From Candidatus Hydrogenedentota bacterium (GTDB lineage Bacteria; Hydrogenedentota; Hydrogenedentia; Hydrogenedentales; SLHB01), in NCBI GenBank assembly GCA_963745075.1, contig CAVUWV010000009.1, positions 96,001-160,000 on the forward strand: a stretch of DNA of 64,000 bases, written 5' to 3'. Below the pieces are notes generated by a model. It searched no databases. It was given only the letters and a program-made list of their open reading frames with translations, and was not told where the DNA came from. Positions 9,566 to 19,752 of the stretch are shown here, piece by piece; the first letter of the stretch is position 1, and each line of letters starts with the position of its first letter. The translations under genes and the position numbers were made by a program.

Positions 9566-12013
9566 GGGGTCCTGGCGCAGGCTCGCCCACTGGAACCGGT
9601 GAACCGGCAAGGGCATCTCCGAATCCGCGCCTTTGACACTCTTCCACACGATCTCGTTCAAGGCGAACATGGGAGCCCGGTCGTAATCGGACAGGTCCAT
9701 TTCGGAGGACTCATGCGCGCCCCACGCCGTAGGCTCGTTCCGTTCTTCCAAATCGATGTTGGGCTCGAGATGGGTGTACGGTGAGAGGTCGGGCGTGTCC
9801 GAGAAACTCGCGTACATGGGCGTGGCCGCCGCGTCGTACTGGCTCATGGGTTGCAGGCCCAGCAACAATTCCATCGTGCGCAACATCGAACTTGTCGTGT
9901 AGTGCGTGCTGTCCACGATTCCGCGTTTGCAATACGGGCTGATGACCAATCCCACCGTTCGCCGGGCATCCACGTGATCCGGTCCGTCTTGTGCGTCGTC
10001 CTGAATCACGAAGATCGCCATCTCCGGCCAATATTTGCTGTGACTGACGCGGTCGACAATCATCCCCAGCCCGTAGTCGTTACTCGCAACCGCCGCACGC
10101 GGAGTGGGGGCACCAGGACTGGTTCCCTTCGTATGATCTTCCGGCAGCGCCATGACAATGTAATTGGGAAGGCGCTGGTCGGGATTTGCACTATCATAAT
10201 TCGCCTCGTACTGGTCGAACTCGCGAATGAACTCTGCGGCGTTCTCCGTATCGCGCGCCCCCCAGGACAAGTAGTTCGGCGCCACGTGGCCCACCAGCCC
10301 GGCGGCTTTGTCCAACGCCTCCATCGCTTTTCCTTCACTCACTCGCGCCGCGGATTCGCCGTAGGTACGGTATGTGAGCCCTTTCCGCTTACACTGGTCC
10401 CACAGGTATCCCGCGCCGGGAATCATCGCCAGCGACGGACCGTACTCCGTCTTGCCACCGTAGGACGCGGGCCAGTTCTTCTCGATGAAGTCCGTGGCGT
10501 ACGCCGCGTTCGACCAGGAATGGCCGTCCCGGCTCACCTCCGCGTCGCAGAAAATGTTGTCGAGCAGGACAAACTGTTCCACGATGGCGTGAATGTTCGG
10601 CGTCACCTCGCGCCCGAAAATCGCCAGCCGGGGATCGCCGTTGCCCTGGGGGAGATCGCCCAACACCTGGTCGTAGGTGCGGTTCTCTTTGATGACGTAA
10701 ATGACGTGCTTGATCGGCGAGCCTACGCCGACCTTACTCGGCACAACCGTCGAACGATCCTTCGGCGGTTTAGCCTCGGTCAAAAGTTCGTCGTTGTACG
10801 GGCAATTCGCATAGGCTTGAAGCGTCAGCTCGCGCAGTTTCGGCTTGTTGAGATTCAGATCGACGATGTTCACCGTTCCTCTGGTGAGCGACTTGACCGA
10901 ACCTTTGCCTTCCTCTCCGTCGGGCAGCGGACTATGCGGTCCGCGGACGTCCGATACGGATGCGTTGCCCTTGGCATTGCCGATGTACAGTTTGTCGCCC
11001 GTCGGCGAAACGTTTACCGCCGACGGGTACCACCCCGCCGGAACGAATCCGAGCACCGTGCTTTCGCCCGGCTCATCGATGTCAACAACGCATACGTTAT
11101 TGTTGTCGGCGTTCGCTACGTAGAGGGTATCGGACGTTGGGTCCAGGGCGAGCGCGTTGGGCGTGGAGCCTTCCGGTGACCGCTCAGTCAACGACGTGAC
11201 GATGGTTTCCGTGGCGCGTTCCTTTGCCGTATCGATGACAATCACCGTGTTGTCGTTCGCGCAGCACACGAAGAGCCGTCCGTCTTCAGACAACACCATG
11301 TCGGTCGGGTTGTCGCCCACGGCGACCGTGCGGACCACGGCAGCGGTCGACGTGTCAATCACGCTGACGCTGTCGCTGCCCCAGTTGCTGCAATAAAGGG
11401 TCGAGCCATCTTCATTCAGCACCAGGTCATAGGGGTTCAGTTCCGTTGGAATCTTGTCTTCAATCGCTCCGGTTTCACTGTTGAAAACCACAATTTCGTT
11501 CGAGGCCCGGTTCGCCGCATATAGCAACAGCTTCGCCGGATGATGCACGAGTCCGGACCAGAAGATCTGTTTCGGATCCAGCGTATCGGTAAACGTGGTC
11601 ACGGGTTGATCTGAAAGCTTGCCGTCCGCATACGTGAAGGCGTAGACCGGTGCGCGGATACCTTCCTTGGCTTTGTCGTTTCCGCCAGACACGTACAACT
11701 TCGATCCGTCCGGCGCCCACGCAAGCCCGAACCAGGCCGTCGGAAGTGGGATTCGTTGTACGACCTCGTCACTATCCACGCTGATAGTGACGATCCCGTG
11801 TGGATTGAAGCCGCACTGCAGTGCGACCATGATCTTTCCATCAGGGGCCGGCACAATATTTAGGGGCAGGTCGTTCATGGGAATCGGCGTGCCCACCGGC
11901 GTGATGCTCCAACCGTTGGGCAGGTAGAAGCCCTTTTCCACGGGTCCGGGCAGCTGGGCGAACGCCGCCCCCACGCAAAACCCAATGACGAGCAGCCCCT
12001 CTCGTACGCGCAT
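9548..12013 (-). CDS. YVTN/YncE beta-propeller plus phosphoesterase (alkaline-phosphatase superfamily) protein
   Basis: SNWGSDSVSVID, VGDNP repeats; PIKHVIYVIKENRTYDQVLGD; DDAQDGPDHVDARR. Confidence 0.9.
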   Translation of the reverse strand: MRVREGLLVIGFCVGAAFAQLPGPVEKGFYLPNGWSITPVGTPIPMNDLPLNIVPAPDGKIMVALQCGFNPHGIVTISVDSDEVVQRIPLPTAWFGLAWAPDGSKLYVSGGNDKAKEGIRAPVYAFTYADGKLSDQPVTTFTDTLDPKQIFWSGLVHHPAKLLLYAANRASNEIVVFNSETGAIEDKIPTELNPYDLVLNEDGSTLYCSNWGSDSVSVIDTSTAAVVRTVAVGDNPTDMVLSEDGRLFVCCANDNTVIVIDTAKERATETIVTSLTERSPEGSTPNALALDPTSDTLYVANADNNNVCVVDIDEPGESTVLGFVPAGWYPSAVNVSPTGDKLYIGNAKGNASVSDVRGPHSPLPDGEEGKGSVKSLTRGTVNIVDLNLNKPKLRELTLQAYANCPYNDELLTEAKPPKDRSTVVPSKVGVGSPIKHVIYVIKENRTYDQVLGDLPQGNGDPRLAIFGREVTPNIHAIVEQFVLLDNIFCDAEVSRDGHSWSNAAYATDFIEKNWPASYGGKTEYGPSLAMIPGAGYLWDQCKRKGLTYRTYGESAARVSEGKAMEALDKAAGLVGHVAPNYLSWGARDTENAAEFIREFDQYEANYDSANPDQRLPNYIVMALPEDHTKGTSPGAPTPRAAVASNDYGLGMIVDRVSHSKYWPEMAIFVIQDDAQDGPDHVDARRTVGLVISPYCKRGIVDSTHYTTSSMLRTMELLLGLQPMSQYDAAATPMYASFSDTPDLSPYTHLEPNIDLEERNEPTAWGAHESSEMDLSDYDRAPMFALNEIVWKSVKGADSEMPLPVHRFQWASLRQDPSAPRE

Positions 12014-12189
12014 GATAGTACTCCCGTGTTGTAACCACTTTCTGGCGGGCGGACCAATCGGCCCGCAGTTCCTGGATGATAGGGCAGCGCGGGAACGGGT
12101 GCAACGTATCCCATACGAGCCCAGTGAGTACAAGCCTGCCCGACTTTGAGCAGAGAATGATTAGGAAACTTGATATCTTTCACAGAATA

Positions 12190-12208
12190 GACTAAACTTA
12201 GTTTAGTC
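12190..12208. promoter_or_regulatory. Palindromic operator upstream of TA operon
   Basis: GACTAAACT-T-AGTTTAGTC, perfect 9-bp arms, 20 bp before the antitoxin ATG. Confidence 0.7.
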
Positions 12209-12228
12209 ACTAATGAGGATTTTGAACC

Positions 12229-12468
12229 ATGAAACAATCCAATATCCACGAAGCGAAGACCCATCTGTCCCGGTTGGTTGAGCGGGTCGCGCAGGGTGAG
12301 GAGATTATCATCGCGAAGGCCGGCAAGCCCATGGCCAAACTGGTTCCCTATCGTGAGGACGAGGGTCCGCGCCAGCCCGGCTACTGGCGCGGCCAGGTTG
12401 AGATTCGGGACGATTTCGACGTTTTGCCCGACGACATCGCGGCGGCTTTTGGCGGCGAGCGACCGTGA
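12229..12468 (+). CDS. Phd/YefM-family antitoxin
   Basis: NIHEAKTHLSRLVERVAQGEEIIIAKAGKPMAKLVP. Confidence 0.95.
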   Translation: MKQSNIHEAKTHLSRLVERVAQGEEIIIAKAGKPMAKLVPYREDEGPRQPGYWRGQVEIRDDFDVLPDDIAAAFGGERP

Positions 12469-12842
12469 ATCTGCTTCTTGATACGCATACCTTGCTGTGG
12501 TGGCTGGCTGACCACGCGGGACTGTCCGCCGAAGCGCGCGCAATCATTCGTGACTCGAAGGACATGGTCTACGTGAGTGCCGCCACGGCCTGGGAGATTT
12601 CGATCAAGAGAACGCTAGGCAAACTCCGTGCTCCGGATGACCTGGAGGACGCGATTGCCGCAAGCGGATTCCGGGAAATGCCGATTACGATTGGGCACGC
12701 GCTTGCGGCCGGCCAGCTTCCCATGCAACACAGCGATCCATTCGACAGGATGCTAATCGCACAGGCCAAGCTGGAGTCCCTGACGTTGGTCACCCGCGAC
12801 AAGCGCATCCAAAAATACGGAATACCGACCATAGACGCATGA
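12465..12842 (+). CDS. vapC: PIN-domain VapC toxin
   Basis: LLLDTHTLLWW, SAATAWEI, HSDPFDRMLIAQA; GTGA overlap with the antitoxin. Confidence 0.95.
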   Translation: MNLLLDTHTLLWWLADHAGLSAEARAIIRDSKDMVYVSAATAWEISIKRTLGKLRAPDDLEDAIAASGFREMPITIGHALAAGQLPMQHSDPFDRMLIAQAKLESLTLVTRDKRIQKYGIPTIDA

Positions 12843-12979
12843 CTGGCCCATTCGGTGGCCATTCCGTTGAATCCGATCAGTATGACCCCCAACGTAAGAC
12901 GGCGCGTACGACTCCCTAGCCCGGCCCCGACATTGAAACGGCCCGACGCCGCCGGTATCGTCAGCGCGGAGGGTTAATC

Positions 12980-14431
12980 ATGTATAAGCCGTTGACCGTC
13001 TTCTCGCTCTTTTTCTTTTTGATGACGCCGGCCGCTAATATCGCCTTGGCGCAAACGCCCGAACCCCTGCAACTCGGTTCACGGTTGGAACTCTTCGTCG
13101 ACAATTACCTCGTCGATCGGTTCGACGGGGCGGAACTGCGTCTGCACCCACCGGTCGAAGGCGACACCGTGATCCGGTTCGACAAACCGTGGGAAGGGCG
13201 TTACTGCGGCTACGTCACCGTCATCAAAGACACCGACCGCTACCGCCTCTATTACCGCGGTCTTCCCGTGGCGGGGAAGGACGGTTCGGCGACGGAGGTT
13301 ACCTGTTACGCGGAAAGCCCTGACGGAATTGCCTTCACGAAACCCAGCCTGGGCTTGTTCGAAGTCGACGGCACACAGGACAACAACGTCATTCTCGCCG
13401 ACAATCCGCCGTTCTCCCATAATTTTGCGCCGTTTCTCGACACGCGTCCGGACGTGGCGCCCGAAGAACGGTTCAAGGCCCTCGCCGGTACCCGGCAAAG
13501 CGGTCTCTGCGCGTTCGTGTCGGCGGACGGGACGACGTGGAAGAAGCTGCGCGACGAACCGGTTATCACCGAAGGCGCCTTCGATTCCCAGAATATCGCG
13601 TTCTGGTCGGAGGCGGAGGGGATGTATGTCAGCTACTTCCGCATCTTCAGCGACGGCTTTCGCAGCATCAGCCGGACCACCTCGCCCGATTTCAGGACGT
13701 GGTCCACGCCGGTCGAAATGACGTATGGCGATACACCGCGCGAACATCTCTACACGAACCAGACCGCGCCGTATTTTCGAGCGCCGCACGTCTACGTGTC
13801 GATCGCAGCGCGTTTCATGCCGGGCCGTCGCATCGTGTCCGAAGAGCAGGCCAAGACGCTCGGCGGCGACGTCCAGTACTCCGGCGACTGTTCCGACGCG
13901 ATCTTCATGACGACCCGCGGTGGCAGCGTCTACGACCGCACCTTCATGGAAGGGTATATCCGGCCTGGTCTCGGTCTTGGCAACTGGACTTCGCGGACCA
14001 ACTACCCCGCGTACAACGTCGTCCCCATCTCCGACACGGAGATGGACCTCTACGTTCAGCGCAACTACGGCCAGGACACGCACCACCTGCAACGGCTCAA
14101 ACTCCGCACGGATGGCTTCGTGTCGGTCAACGCCCCGTACGAAGGCGGCGAGTTTCATACCAAACCGTTCACGTTCACCGGTAGCCAGCTCGTCATCAAC
14201 TACTCGACCTCCGCCGCGGGGAGTGTATGGATTGAATTGCAGGACGCGAACGGCGCACCGCTCGAAGGTTTTTCCCGCGACGACTGTGATGAGATTGTCG
14301 GCGACGAAATCGCCCGCATCGTGACGTGGAAGGGGAATGCGGCTCTCTCGTCGATTGTAGGGAAGCCGGTTCGGCTTTGTGGTGTGATGAAAGACGCCGA
14401 TCTGTACTCGATTCAGTTTCGCGAGTCATAG
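12980..14431 (+). CDS. Secreted putative glycosyl hydrolase (five-bladed beta-propeller type)
   Basis: Signal peptide; RLELFVD, DKPWEG, YRLYYRG, AFDSQN, LRTDGFVS motifs. Confidence 0.7.
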   Translation: MYKPLTVFSLFFFLMTPAANIALAQTPEPLQLGSRLELFVDNYLVDRFDGAELRLHPPVEGDTVIRFDKPWEGRYCGYVTVIKDTDRYRLYYRGLPVAGKDGSATEVTCYAESPDGIAFTKPSLGLFEVDGTQDNNVILADNPPFSHNFAPFLDTRPDVAPEERFKALAGTRQSGLCAFVSADGTTWKKLRDEPVITEGAFDSQNIAFWSEAEGMYVSYFRIFSDGFRSISRTTSPDFRTWSTPVEMTYGDTPREHLYTNQTAPYFRAPHVYVSIAARFMPGRRIVSEEQAKTLGGDVQYSGDCSDAIFMTTRGGSVYDRTFMEGYIRPGLGLGNWTSRTNYPAYNVVPISDTEMDLYVQRNYGQDTHHLQRLKLRTDGFVSVNAPYEGGEFHTKPFTFTGSQLVINYSTSAAGSVWIELQDANGAPLEGFSRDDCDEIVGDEIARIVTWKGNAALSSIVGKPVRLCGVMKDADLYSIQFRES

Positions 14432-14457
14432 CATTCGCGAATGGGGATGGGGGAACC

Positions 14458-15546
14458 ATGACCTTCAAAGACATGCACCTGGCCGTGTTTCGTCGCGAGT
14501 CTACGGGGGGGCGCATTCTGTGGCAGCCTCGTATCGAGCATTGGTACCACACCAACAAGGCGCAGGGCACGCTGCCGGAGCGTTACCGCGAGCTTTCCCT
14601 GCTCGAAGTGTTCGACGACCTCGGTTGTTCGGTTCGGCCCTATTGGGCGTTCAACGAGTGCCTCCGGATTGTGGATTCCGAGGAACTGGTCCGTGAGGAA
14701 CGCGAAGACGGCCTGCTCACCACTGTCACCGAGCGAACACCGGTCGGTGATTTGGTGACCATTACGGAACGCGCGTCCCAATCGACACACACGCGCAAGT
14801 ATCCCGTCGTCACGACCGAGGATATGGCCGTCATGGAATGGCGATTGCGCAACCGGCGCGTATCCTTCGACCTCGCGCGGTACGAGGAACGTTGTGTCGA
14901 GATCGGCGACCGCGCCGCACCGTGTATCTACATCCCCCGGATCAACCTGTTACGGCTGGTCATCGACTTCATGGGTTTCGAAGGGGCGCTCACGGCCTTC
15001 TACACCATGCCGGCCGAAATCGAACGGCTTATCCAAATTATCAACGAAACCGACGATGCGATTCTCGAAGCTGTTTGCGACAGCCCGCTCGAGATCATCA
15101 ACTTCGGCGACAACGTGCATCAGGCCTTCTGTCCGCCGAACCTGTTCCGCCAATGGGTCATGCCCGAATACATCCGGCGCAACGAACGCCTGCACGCCGC
15201 CGGGAAGAAGACGTATCCCCATTGGGATGGGGACTGCGCGCAGTTGTTGCCCTACGCACAAGACTGCGGATTCGACGGGTTCGAAGCCATTACCCCCGTC
15301 CCGCAGGGCGACGTGACGTTGGAGCGGGTTCGCGACGCCCTCGGCGACCGCATCATGGTGGATGGTATTCCTTGCACGGATTTCCTGACAACCGAACCCG
15401 TTGAGAGTCTAATTGCCAACACGCATAAGTGCATCGAGTACTTCGCGCCGAACCTCGTGTTGGGCATTTCCGACGAGATCTCTCCCGTCGGCGATATCGA
15501 GCGCGTGCGTCTTGTCAGCGAAATCGTTGCGGAATCCGGAAACTAG
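14458..15546 (+). CDS. Uroporphyrinogen decarboxylase/MtaA-CmuA-like TIM-barrel protein
   Basis: IINFGDN, HWDG, EAITPVPQGD, VLGISDE. Confidence 0.75.
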   Translation: MTFKDMHLAVFRRESTGGRILWQPRIEHWYHTNKAQGTLPERYRELSLLEVFDDLGCSVRPYWAFNECLRIVDSEELVREEREDGLLTTVTERTPVGDLVTITERASQSTHTRKYPVVTTEDMAVMEWRLRNRRVSFDLARYEERCVEIGDRAAPCIYIPRINLLRLVIDFMGFEGALTAFYTMPAEIERLIQIINETDDAILEAVCDSPLEIINFGDNVHQAFCPPNLFRQWVMPEYIRRNERLHAAGKKTYPHWDGDCAQLLPYAQDCGFDGFEAITPVPQGDVTLERVRDALGDRIMVDGIPCTDFLTTEPVESLIANTHKCIEYFAPNLVLGISDEISPVGDIERVRLVSEIVAESGN

Positions 15547-15598
15547 CACCGGATGACGATACGGGTCGCCCCGCTCAAGATGGCGATAAAGCCGGATT

Positions 15599-16546
15599 CT
15601 ATCCTTCTTGCGATTCCAGCCAGCGGGATGCGTCGATGGCCGCCCTGCACCCGCTGCCGGCAGCCGTGACGGCTTGACGATAGACCTTGTCCTTCACGTC
15701 ACCCGCGGCGAATACGCCTTCCACATTCGTGTAGGTCGAGTCGGGCTTGGTGATCAAGTATCCGGTTTCATCCATATCGAGCACGTCTTTGAACAAGTCG
15801 GTGTTCGGCTTGTGACCGATGGCCGAGAAATAACCCGCGCAGTCAATTTCGCGGGTTTCGCCGGAATTGACGTCCTTGATGCGAACGCCCGTCACACCGT
15901 TCTTATCGTTCCCCAGAATTTCTTCGACGACGGAGTTCCATTCCACCTGAATCTTCTCATTGGCCAACGCCCGGTCCCCCATGATTTTGCTGGCCCGGAA
16001 CTCATCCCGGCGATGGATGATGTGCACCTTGCTGCCGAAGCCAGCGAGGAAGAGCGCCTCTTCCATGGCGGTATCACCCCCGCCTACCACGACCAGCGGT
16101 TTGTTGCGAAACCGGGGCAGGGCGCCGTCGCACGTTGCGCACGCGGAGACGCCCTTGTTCATGAACTTTTCTTCCGATTCCAGGCCCAGATACCTGGCCG
16201 TGGCGCCCGTGGCGATAATGATCGCCTTGGCCTGCCACGTCTCATCCTTGGCTTTCACCGTAAACGGCCGCTTGGAGAAATCGACCTCGGTGATGGTCTT
16301 CGAGAGGATCTTTGTGCCGAATCGTTGCGCCTGCTTCTTGAATAGATCCATCATTTCCGGCCCGGTCACGCCGTCGGGGAAACCCGGGTAGTTCTCGACC
16401 TCGGTCGTGGTCATGAGTTGCCCCCCGGGCAGCACGTCTTTGCTCAGGGCGCCCTCAAACAGCAGCGGTTCCAGATTGGCGCGCGACGTGTACAGCGCCG
16501 CCGTGTATCCCGCCGGGCCGGAACCGATAATGATGACGTTTTCCAT
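15599..16546 (-). CDS. trxB: Thioredoxin-disulfide reductase
   Basis: [41 protein letters not shown]. Confidence 0.97.
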   Translation of the reverse strand: MENVIIIGSGPAGYTAALYTSRANLEPLLFEGALSKDVLPGGQLMTTTEVENYPGFPDGVTGPEMMDLFKKQAQRFGTKILSKTITEVDFSKRPFTVKAKDETWQAKAIIIATGATARYLGLESEEKFMNKGVSACATCDGALPRFRNKPLVVVGGGDTAMEEALFLAGFGSKVHIIHRRDEFRASKIMGDRALANEKIQVEWNSVVEEILGNDKNGVTGVRIKDVNSGETREIDCAGYFSAIGHKPNTDLFKDVLDMDETGYLITKPDSTYTNVEGVFAAGDVKDKVYRQAVTAAGSGCRAAIDASRWLESQEG

Positions 16547-16779
16547 GGGATGCTCCGATCATGAGGACGTGGCACACAACCCGGCCACGCCTTCGAATGT
16601 TATTGCACTATGAGTTGGCGAATGGAACAAATTATACGATCCGTCCTCTAAGGAGGGCAAAAAAACGAACCGAAGGTGGCGCTGGCTTGACGTACACCGG
16701 TCGCACCCACAACATTGCACGCCCCCGAGTTTTGTTCAGAATCCTCCTTTAGGGGTGTGCGCGTGCAACAACATTCCTA

Positions 16780-16809
16780 TTGACAGAAAGCGAGTGTCCG
16801 TGTTAGTGT
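16780..16809 (+). promoter_or_regulatory. Candidate sigma70 promoter for the M4 protease/peptide locus
   Basis: TTGACA at 16780-16785, then TG-n-TAGTGT (16804-16809) with an 18-bp spacer. Confidence 0.45.
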
Positions 16810-16888
16810 CGCTTTGTGGGTTGTACCAGAGGTTGCGTGAAGTAGTGTTTTGGAGGCGCATAGTAACACGCAAACGGGGGAACAAGCC

Positions 16889-18652
16889 ATGAGAAAAGTG
16901 CTATTGGGGGGGTATTCCGGCAACAGTTTCTTTGGGCGGGGGCTTGCGGCGCTGATACTTACGTCAGTGGTAACCATGCTATCTGCTGCGGCGGAAGGCG
17001 TCGAAGCGGATCAGACGGTCGTTGCGTCTACGCTCATCGAGAGTATAGGGGAATTGGCGCCTGATGAGACTCCGCGAATCGCGGTGGACAGTCGGGGCGT
17101 CGTGACCCATTTCGCCGCGCCACGGGGGCACTCGATGAGCGTGGAGGGCGCGTCGCCGGATGACGGCAAGGACCAACGGGCCTTGAAATTCGTGGAAACG
17201 CACGCGCAAGCGCTCGGGCTCGCCAGCGACCGTGTTGGACTGAACGTCCACGCCATCACCACGACCCCGGAACGCTCGTATGTGCGAATCAAACAGCAGT
17301 ACGACGGAATCCCGATCCACGGCGCGGAAATCGTCCTGCAACTCCAGCCGGACGGCACGGTGAAGTCATTTCTGGCGGATATCATGACCGAGACCGCCGC
17401 TCTGGACGCGGACCCGGGGGCCACGGAACCGGGGTTGAACGCGGCCGAAGCCGCCGAGTCCGTCCTGGAAATCGCCAGTGAACGCCTCCAGAAGGCGCAG
17501 GAGAAATACCGGTCCGATGTGACATTGGCGGTCGAATCGGGAGAAATCGACGCGGAAACGGCGCAAGAACACCTCGATCAAGCAAGCGCAGCAGTCGCGG
17601 AGCTTACAGACAACGGCGGACTTCAGATTTACGCGCCGCACGTTATCGGCGATTCCGGCACGAACGCGCTGGTTTGGGTTTTCAAGGTAGATGACACGGC
17701 GGGAATCACGAAACCGGTGCAAATATTTATCGACGCAGATACTGGAGAGTTGGTTCACGTGAATCCACTCGTTGCGGACGCCATAGACAGAAGACTCTAC
17801 GACAATCACCTCAATGGATTGGATGGAATCCCGAATGCGACGCTGCGCCGCACAGAAACGAGTGGTCCGGTGACAATATTCGACACAATCTTTTTTGCCG
17901 ATTTCAATGCCCACTGGGACATTCTTGGATATGTGTACGACTATTTCGATGAGAACCACGGATGGGACGGCTGGGATGGGGTTGGCGGGTCGATATACTC
18001 GTACATACGGTTTGATCTCGTATCCAACGCCGTATGCGATACAGATAACGGTTACATGTGGTTCGGGACAAACGGGATCGCGGTCTCGGACGACGTGGTG
18101 GGACACGAGTTCACACACGCCGTGGTGCACGGCGTGTGTGAACTGCAATACTGGAGACAATCAGGAGCAATCTCAGAATCCTTGGCTGACATGTGGGGCG
18201 AGTTCATTGACTGGTCGTGCCCCGTTTTGGGAAATGATTTGGCGTCAGTGAAGTGGCAAATCGCTGAAACTATCGGAAGTGGACCACTTAGGGACATGCA
18301 GGATCCACACCAACGTCTTCAACCGGACATATATCAGGGCACGTACTGGGTTTACGGGAACGGCCAAATGACAGAAGAGGAAAATGACGTCTTTGTCCAT
18401 ACGAACAGCGGAGTCGGCAACAAACTCGCATATTTGCTCACCGACGGCGACACGTTCAATGGCAGTTTTGTCAGTGGCATGGGGGTAGCGGTAGTTCGCG
18501 ACCTGTATTGGGAAACCGTACAGCTGATGGGAACAAGCTGCAATTACCACGATCTCCATGACCTATTATTGGATGCAGCGGACAATCTAGACCTGACCAC
18601 CGGCCAGGTTGATAACATCCAAGCCGCCTGCGAAGCCGTTGAAATTGACTGA
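16889..18652 (+). CDS. Secreted M4-family (thermolysin-like) zinc metalloprotease with FTP/PepSY propeptide
   Basis: Signal peptide; VRIKQQYDGIPIHGAEI (FTP); IFIDADTGELV (PepSY); DVVGHEFTHAV (HExxH); SGAISESLAD (third ligand E); VHTNSGVGN (catalytic His). Confidence 0.93.
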   Translation: MRKVLLGGYSGNSFFGRGLAALILTSVVTMLSAAAEGVEADQTVVASTLIESIGELAPDETPRIAVDSRGVVTHFAAPRGHSMSVEGASPDDGKDQRALKFVETHAQALGLASDRVGLNVHAITTTPERSYVRIKQQYDGIPIHGAEIVLQLQPDGTVKSFLADIMTETAALDADPGATEPGLNAAEAAESVLEIASERLQKAQEKYRSDVTLAVESGEIDAETAQEHLDQASAAVAELTDNGGLQIYAPHVIGDSGTNALVWVFKVDDTAGITKPVQIFIDADTGELVHVNPLVADAIDRRLYDNHLNGLDGIPNATLRRTETSGPVTIFDTIFFADFNAHWDILGYVYDYFDENHGWDGWDGVGGSIYSYIRFDLVSNAVCDTDNGYMWFGTNGIAVSDDVVGHEFTHAVVHGVCELQYWRQSGAISESLADMWGEFIDWSCPVLGNDLASVKWQIAETIGSGPLRDMQDPHQRLQPDIYQGTYWVYGNGQMTEEENDVFVHTNSGVGNKLAYLLTDGDTFNGSFVSGMGVAVVRDLYWETVQLMGTSCNYHDLHDLLLDAADNLDLTTGQVDNIQAACEAVEID

Positions 18653-18706
18653 GGCCAAGTGAGGCTCCCATATGATGGCACAGGACAATAGAAAAGGAGT
18701 GATCAC

Positions 18707-18886
18707 ATGTCAAGAATAAGACTCGTGAGCCGGGTTCCCTTCGTCGATCCGTTGCTCCCGGCACCAGCTATTCAAGCGGAAACCCCGAAGGAGCGATACA
18801 AGACCTGTGAAGACGAGCAAACGTCCCTGATAGGCAAGGCCGCCTGCTACCGCACGCTGGTACAGGAGAAACTTACGGGCAAGTAG
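18707..18886 (+). CDS. Small paralogous peptide P1 (59 aa)
   Basis: Not in ORF track. AAAGGAG RBS; MSRIRLVSRVPFVDPLLPAPAIQAETPKERYKTCEDEQTSLIGKAACYRTLVQEKLTGK*. Confidence 0.85.
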   Translation: MSRIRLVSRVPFVDPLLPAPAIQAETPKERYKTCEDEQTSLIGKAACYRTLVQEKLTGK

Positions 18887-18994
18887 TCCAAACTCACGTT
18901 GAGAATTCTTGGAAAACAGGGGTCGAGTGGCAGTTCTCGTAGAGCGCTGTTCGCTACTTTCTTCAGTACCATGATGAAAGGCAAAGTATTCGCA

Positions 18995-19174
18995 ATGGAT
19001 AGAATTCGAAGCATGAGTCGTGTGCCATTCGTCGAGAATCGCAGGCCCGCCGTGGCGGTCTGGCAAGGGAACGCGGTCACCCACTTGAAGGAGTGTCTCT
19101 CGCACCAGACCACGGTCCGTGGCAAGAAGGAATGCTACGAGACGTACCAGGCGGAGAAAGCTGAGAAGCAGTAA
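18995..19174 (+). CDS. Small paralogous peptide P2 (59 aa)
   Basis: MDRIRSMSRVPFVENRRPAVAVWQGNAVTHLKECLSHQTTVRGKKECYETYQAEKAEKQ*. Start chosen by alignment to paralogs. Confidence 0.82.
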   Translation: MDRIRSMSRVPFVENRRPAVAVWQGNAVTHLKECLSHQTTVRGKKECYETYQAEKAEKQ

Positions 19175-19200
19175 CAGGGATTCGTGGTGAGGTATGAGTC

Positions 19201-19380
19201 ATGCATAGAATCAAGTCTGTCAGCCGCATTCCCGTCGCCACACAGCCGCGATACGCGGCGCTTCCCCCTTCTGCATGGGAGCACTACAAGGCTTGTGTAA
19301 ACGAGCAATCGACGTTGGCTGGCAAGAAGGAGTGTTTCCGCAATTATATCGGGGAGCGTTCCGAGGATAAAAACCCATAG
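19201..19380 (+). CDS. Small paralogous peptide P3 (59 aa)
   Basis: Not in ORF track. GAGG RBS; MHRIKSVSRIPVATQPRYAALPPSAWEHYKACVNEQSTLAGKKECFRNYIGERSEDKNP*. Confidence 0.85.
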   Translation: MHRIKSVSRIPVATQPRYAALPPSAWEHYKACVNEQSTLAGKKECFRNYIGERSEDKNP

Positions 19381-19395
19381 TCTGGAGAGGGTGCG

Positions 19396-19701
19396 ATGTA
19401 CTGGGTGTTCGCGTTTGGCGCAGGTATCGGCGCCAACGGAAACCAGCTCCGCGCTTGGACGCACGCTAATGGTTGCGTGGGCAATAGACTTGCCTATCTA
19501 CTCACGGACGGCGAAACGGTTAACGGGATGGGCGAGTTACCCGTGCGGGAACTTTATTGGGAAACCCTCCAATTGATGCCGGTCGATCCCGATTACAATG
19601 ACTTGTATCAATTGCTTTTAGACGCAGCAGACAATCTCGGTATGTCGCCAGCAGAAGTGAGCAATATCCAGAATGGTTGTGAGGCCGTCGAGATCGACTG
19701 A
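19396..19701 (+). CDS. Stand-alone/orphan copy of the M4 protease C-terminal domain (no HExxH)
   Basis: VGNRLAYLLTDG, LYWET.QLM, LLLDAADNL and CEAVEID* are shared with the end of 16889..18652; GGAGAGG precedes the ATG. Confidence 0.8.
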   Translation: MYWVFAFGAGIGANGNQLRAWTHANGCVGNRLAYLLTDGETVNGMGELPVRELYWETLQLMPVDPDYNDLYQLLLDAADNLGMSPAEVSNIQNGCEAVEID

Positions 19702-19752
19702 GTGCGGAAGTCATTCAACCCAACTTACCTTAACAGAAAAAGGAGTGCTCGA

